64,000 nucleotides of DNA from a bacterium (lineage in GTDB: Bacteria > UBA8248). The notes beneath the pieces are model-generated. The model saw only the letters and a list, made by a program, of their open reading frames with translations. It had not been told where the DNA came from and made no database searches. How positions within the stretch are numbered: the stretch's first letter is position 1; each line of letters starts with the position of its first letter. The translations under genes and the position numbers were made by a program. Positions 60,405 to 64,000 of the stretch are shown here, in pieces. The DNA is taken from assembly GCA_965221165.1 (NCBI GenBank), contig CBDCRP010000002.1, forward strand, positions 352,001-416,000, written 5' to 3'.

Positions 60405-61621
60405 TACAACTCGATCACGTCCATCGCGTCGGGAGTCAGGATCCGCGGGCCGTTCTCCTCCACGATCACCTGGGGGCCGAAGACGATGAACATCCTGTCC
60501 TCATACGCGGCCTTCACCTCGACGGCGAGGGACATGCTCTCCTCGACCTCGAAATCCTCCAGAAAACCGTAGAGATCGCCCGCGAGTTCGCGCCATTCGG
60601 GGTTTTCAGACAGGCTTCCTTCCACGAAGGGCTCGCGCCACGAGGAATTTCTGGGAATATCGCCCGCGCATATCGTCGTCATGAGCGGCTCGATGCCGTC
60701 GATTCCCACCCCGTGCACCTGGGGGATCTCATGGTAGTAACCGCTCCTGAGCACCGCTTCGCGCAGGGGCCCATATTCCTCATCCATCGGCCCAATCGAC
60801 ATCGAGGTGTGCGGATGGCTCCAGTAGCCCCCGTAGCGCGCGTAATAGCCGATGCACAGCATGTCGCCTGTCCGCAGAATCCTGTCCGTAGGTCTTCTGT
60901 TCACCGGATATCCCTTCCCCGAGCAGAGGATGAGCCAGCTATCGCGGCCCGGCTCCGCGCCCGCGCGCAGGCTCGCGCTGAAAAGCTCCGCGTATACCTC
61001 GCTCTCCCGCACCCCGGGGCGGCAGCAGCCGAGCACGGCGTCTATCTCGACGTTCACCATCTCGGCCGCTTTTTCGAGCATCGCGATCTCCTCAGGACTC
61101 TTTATCATGCGAAGGCGCGTGAGGATGTCCGAAGCATCGGCGAACTCCGCATCCGGCAGAAGCCTTTTGAGGTTTTGGTACGTCATGTAGGGAATCGCAC
61201 CCTCGGCGCCGTACCCCCCGCCTATGAGGCCGACGATTCCGATTCTCCCGCTCTCGTAGCCCAACTCCTTGATGGCGTCGGTGGCCACGATGCTCACCTT
61301 CTCTTCGTGCCCCCGGTAGCGCACCCCCTCGAAGCACGATTCGGTGTACCACTTGCCCCAGTTCTGGAGGAGCCAGAAGGTGACGGGCGCTCCTTTTCTG
61401 GGAAACACCATGCTGCGCTCCCCGTAATCGCCTCCGTCGAGCCAGCGGGTGTTGCCGTTGCCGTTCGAGCCGCGCCCGATGACGATGAGGCAATCGAGCC
61501 CGCGCTCATCCATGGCGGCGCGAACCGCGTTCCACCGCCTGTCGCGCTCATCGGTGGAAAAAGAAGCCGCCGCGTCGCCCGTGCGGCCGTCTTTCGGGAA
61601 AAACCCGGGGTCCGTTACCAT
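60404..61621 (-). CDS. M24 (creatinase/Xaa-Pro peptidase fold) hydrolase, possibly with an internal deletion
   Basis: ERDRRW..VR..M, LRMIKSPEEI, PGV.E.EV, HGVG. Confidence 0.75.
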   Translation of the reverse strand: MVTDPGFFPKDGRTGDAAASFSTDERDRRWNAVRAAMDERGLDCLIVIGRGSNGNGNTRWLDGGDYGERSMVFPRKGAPVTFWLLQNWGKWYTESCFEGVRYRGHEEKVSIVATDAIKELGYESGRIGIVGLIGGGYGAEGAIPYMTYQNLKRLLPDAEFADASDILTRLRMIKSPEEIAMLEKAAEMVNVEIDAVLGCCRPGVRESEVYAELFSASLRAGAEPGRDSWLILCSGKGYPVNRRPTDRILRTGDMLCIGYYARYGGYWSHPHTSMSIGPMDEEYGPLREAVLRSGYYHEIPQVHGVGIDGIEPLMTTICAGDIPRNSSWREPFVEGSLSENPEWRELAGDLYGFLEDFEVEESMSLAVEVKAAYEDRMFIVFGPQVIVEENGPRILTPDAMDVIEL

Positions 61622-61740
61622 TGCCCTCTCCTGAAATTTTCGGGGCGCATCTCCTCCGCGCGACTGGACGCAGACGCGCGGAATCATTTAGCCTCAAGAG
61701 TCATTTACCCTCACTATAATGGATGAATCGGGTCCGGAAA

Positions 61741-62874
61741 ATGAGTAACGTGGAATTCGCCTGTATCGACTGCGGGGAGGAATACCCCCCGAATCTCCCC
61801 CGCTGGCGGTGCGCCTGCGGCGGGCCTCTGGAGGTGGAGCCGAGCGGCATCTTCACGCGTGAATCCTTAAGCTCCCGCCCCGCCACCCTCTGGCGCTACA
61901 GAGAGGCGATTCCCATAGCTGCGGATGAGAACATCGTCAGCATGAACGAGGGCATGACGCCGCTCGTTCCCCTCGTTCTTTCGGATATGGAAATTCTCTG
62001 CAAGCTCGATTTCCTGTTCCCCACCGGCTCGTTCAAGGATCGGGGCGCCACCGTGCTCATGAGCAAGATAAAGGAGTGGGGACTCACGCAAGTGCTGATG
62101 GATTCTTCGGGCAACGCCGCCGCCGCCGTCTCCGCCTACGCGGCGCGCGCAGGCGTCGAATGCGATATCTACGCGCCCGCTTCCACCTCCGCGGCCAAGT
62201 GCGCGCAAATCACCGCATACGGCGCGAATCTTCACAAAATACCCGGTCCCCGGGCCGCCTCCACAGACGCCGCCATGGAGGCCGCCAGGGAGCGCTTCTA
62301 TGCCTCACATTTCTGGAACCCCTGGTTCAACCACGGCACCAAGACCTGGGCGTTCGAGGTGTGGGAACAACTCGGCTTCCGTGCACCCGACGCCGTCGTC
62401 GCGCCGGCCGGACACGGCTCGGCGCTCATCGGCGCATACCTGGGCTTCTCGGAACTCCTCCGGGCCGGCTATATCGATAAACTTCCAAAAATCTTCGCCG
62501 CCCAGGCTATGAGGTGCGCGCCGATGGTGCGGATGTGGGAGGAAAACCTCGAAACCGTCCCCGAAATCACTCCTGAGGACACGCTGGCGGAAGGCATCTC
62601 CATCTCAGCGCCCGTCCGCTGGAAGCAGATGCGCGAGGCCGTGAGCGAGAGCGGGGGTTGTTTCATCGCTGTCGAGGACGCAACGCTCCCCTCCCTCCTC
62701 CGGGAGTTCGGCGGGAACGGCATCCTGATGGAGCCGACGAGCGCCGTCGCGTTCGCCGCGGCCCAACTCTTGAGAGAGCAAGGGAAGATCAAGGCGTCTG
62801 AAACGATAGTCGTTCCGGTGACGGGCCACGGCTTAAAGGCCGCCGACAAACTCGAAAAGATCATGAGTGTCTGA
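61741..62874 (+). CDS. Threonine synthase-like PLP enzyme
   Basis: CxxC..CxC N-terminus, EGMTPL, PTGSFKDRG, SSGNA, EPTSA, TGHGLK. Confidence 0.85.
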   Translation: MSNVEFACIDCGEEYPPNLPRWRCACGGPLEVEPSGIFTRESLSSRPATLWRYREAIPIAADENIVSMNEGMTPLVPLVLSDMEILCKLDFLFPTGSFKDRGATVLMSKIKEWGLTQVLMDSSGNAAAAVSAYAARAGVECDIYAPASTSAAKCAQITAYGANLHKIPGPRAASTDAAMEAARERFYASHFWNPWFNHGTKTWAFEVWEQLGFRAPDAVVAPAGHGSALIGAYLGFSELLRAGYIDKLPKIFAAQAMRCAPMVRMWEENLETVPEITPEDTLAEGISISAPVRWKQMREAVSESGGCFIAVEDATLPSLLREFGGNGILMEPTSAVAFAAAQLLREQGKIKASETIVVPVTGHGLKAADKLEKIMSV

Positions 62875-63599
62875 TGGATTTTCGCCGCACCGACAAGACC
62901 AGGGGAGCCTATTTTCGCCAGGGCATGAAACACTGCGTCCAGGCCCCCGGCATCGGGCTTTTCGCCGCCATGTCGGGCTTCGGCGCCCTCGCCAAGGAGA
63001 GCGGCGTGTCGCTCCTGATCGCGTTGGGCATGACGGGCGGCTTGTGGAGCACGCCGGGCCAGGTGGCCTTCGTGGAGTTGTTCGCCACGGGCATCGGGGG
63101 AGTCGCGCTCATCGCCTCGGTCACCATCGCCAACGTGCGGATGTTCCCCTTGACCATCGCCACCATGCCGCTCCTGAGAGCCCGGCCGGGTCTGCAGCCC
63201 GTGCAATTCTGGATAGCCCACGTCAATTCGGTCACCTCCTTCGTCCAGGTCGTCGAGATGAGCCACCACGTCTCGGACAGGAGCCTGCGCACCGCCTATT
63301 TCTTCGGATTCACGACGGCCACGATGTCCCTGGGGCTTCTCGGCACCACGTTCGGCTACACGATGGCCTACCAGTTGCCCGGCGTGGTGGGCCAATCGCT
63401 GGTGTTCATCACGCCGCTGTACATGCTGCTGCTGGCCGCCCAGAGCAGCCAGCGATCGGTTCAGTTGTCGGTGGTTTTAGGCTGCGCGCTCGTGCCCCTG
63501 GGATACCTGGCCTCCACCAACTGGGGGCTTCTCACGGGCGGCGTCCTGGCCGGAACGCTCGCCTTCGCGGTCGACAGAGCGAGGAAGCGCCATGCCTGA
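62874..63599 (+). CDS. azlC: AzlC family permease
   Basis: Multi-TM, GFGALA, PGQ, N.R; paired with an AzlD-like gene. Confidence 0.8.
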   Translation: MDFRRTDKTRGAYFRQGMKHCVQAPGIGLFAAMSGFGALAKESGVSLLIALGMTGGLWSTPGQVAFVELFATGIGGVALIASVTIANVRMFPLTIATMPLLRARPGLQPVQFWIAHVNSVTSFVQVVEMSHHVSDRSLRTAYFFGFTTATMSLGLLGTTFGYTMAYQLPGVVGQSLVFITPLYMLLLAAQSSQRSVQLSVVLGCALVPLGYLASTNWGLLTGGVLAGTLAFAVDRARKRHA

Positions 63600-63924
63600 C
63601 GCCGCGAGTCTGCTGGGAATCGCCATCGTCTGCACCTATTCCTGGCGGTGGATGGGCGTGCTCATCGCGGGGCGGATAGATGACGACAGCCCCGTCTTCG
63701 AGTGGGTGACCTGCGTGGCCTACGCCATCGCCACCGGCCTGATGATGAAGATCATCCTGCTCCCCGGCGGCGCGCTCACCGAGACGCATCTCATCGACCG
63801 CCTCGCGGGTCTGGCCGTCTGCATGGGTGTATTCTATTCTTTGGGAAAAAACCTGCTCGCGGGCCTTGGCGCGGGCGTGTGCGTTTTCATGCTGTTTCCG
63901 GGCTTGCGGAGCCTGCTGTTTTAA
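63592..63924 (+). CDS. azlD: AzlD domain protein
   Basis: TY.WR..G, small membrane protein overlapping the azlC stop. Confidence 0.78.
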   Translation: MPDAASLLGIAIVCTYSWRWMGVLIAGRIDDDSPVFEWVTCVAYAIATGLMMKIILLPGGALTETHLIDRLAGLAVCMGVFYSLGKNLLAGLGAGVCVFMLFPGLRSLLF

Positions 63925-63953
63925 CGTCGAGCGAACACGAGAGGAGAAAAACC

Positions 63954-64000
63954 ATGGACACCACCCCTTGGGCGCATGAGAAAAGCTGGCGCGAGGTGCG
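63954..64000 (+). CDS. Start of a gene running off the window (MDTTPWAHEKSWREV...)
   Basis: GAGGAG RBS then ATG. Confidence 0.5.
   Translation, partial: MDTTPWAHEKSWREV

Noticed and set aside
59277-60572. Short ORFs in the repeat zones (also 27570-27861 and 28200-28903)
   Set aside because: They are translations of palindromic repeats (e.g. VIPAHAGIQ), not credible genes

Overview
Bacterial chromosomal window made up mostly of catabolic, redox and transport genes. It has one tRNA (Leu-TAA) and no recognisable integrase, transposase, phage module or CRISPR array. The best find is a family-I CoA-transferase-like alpha subunit that the ORF track splits in two. It is one reading frame (7331-8158) with a single in-frame TGA at codon 102, followed by a bacterial SECIS-like hairpin. 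From my recollection of the IpdA sequence, the predicted selenocysteine aligns with IpdA's catalytic Glu105, and the partner beta subunit seems to lack the canonical catalytic Glu in register. This suggests a selenium-dependent enzyme on the CoA-transferase fold. Three intergenic zones (about 27.7-28.9, 31.7-31.8 and 59.4-60.4 kb) hold nested palindromic repeats: GTAG- and CGTC-type REPs and a hairpin family with covarying stems. They also hold a 424-bp MITE with a 5-bp target duplication inserted inside one of those hairpins. Other points of interest are an acyl-CoA mutase with atypical active-site motifs, a frameshifted lipoprotein, a small islet beside the tRNA (secreted ankyrin protein, GIY-YIG nuclease, antitoxin remnant), a form-II coxSLM-like Mo-hydroxylase and an AtuA/DUF4387/isomerase/aconitase-like cluster. 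All family calls come from motif recognition by eye; no searches were run.
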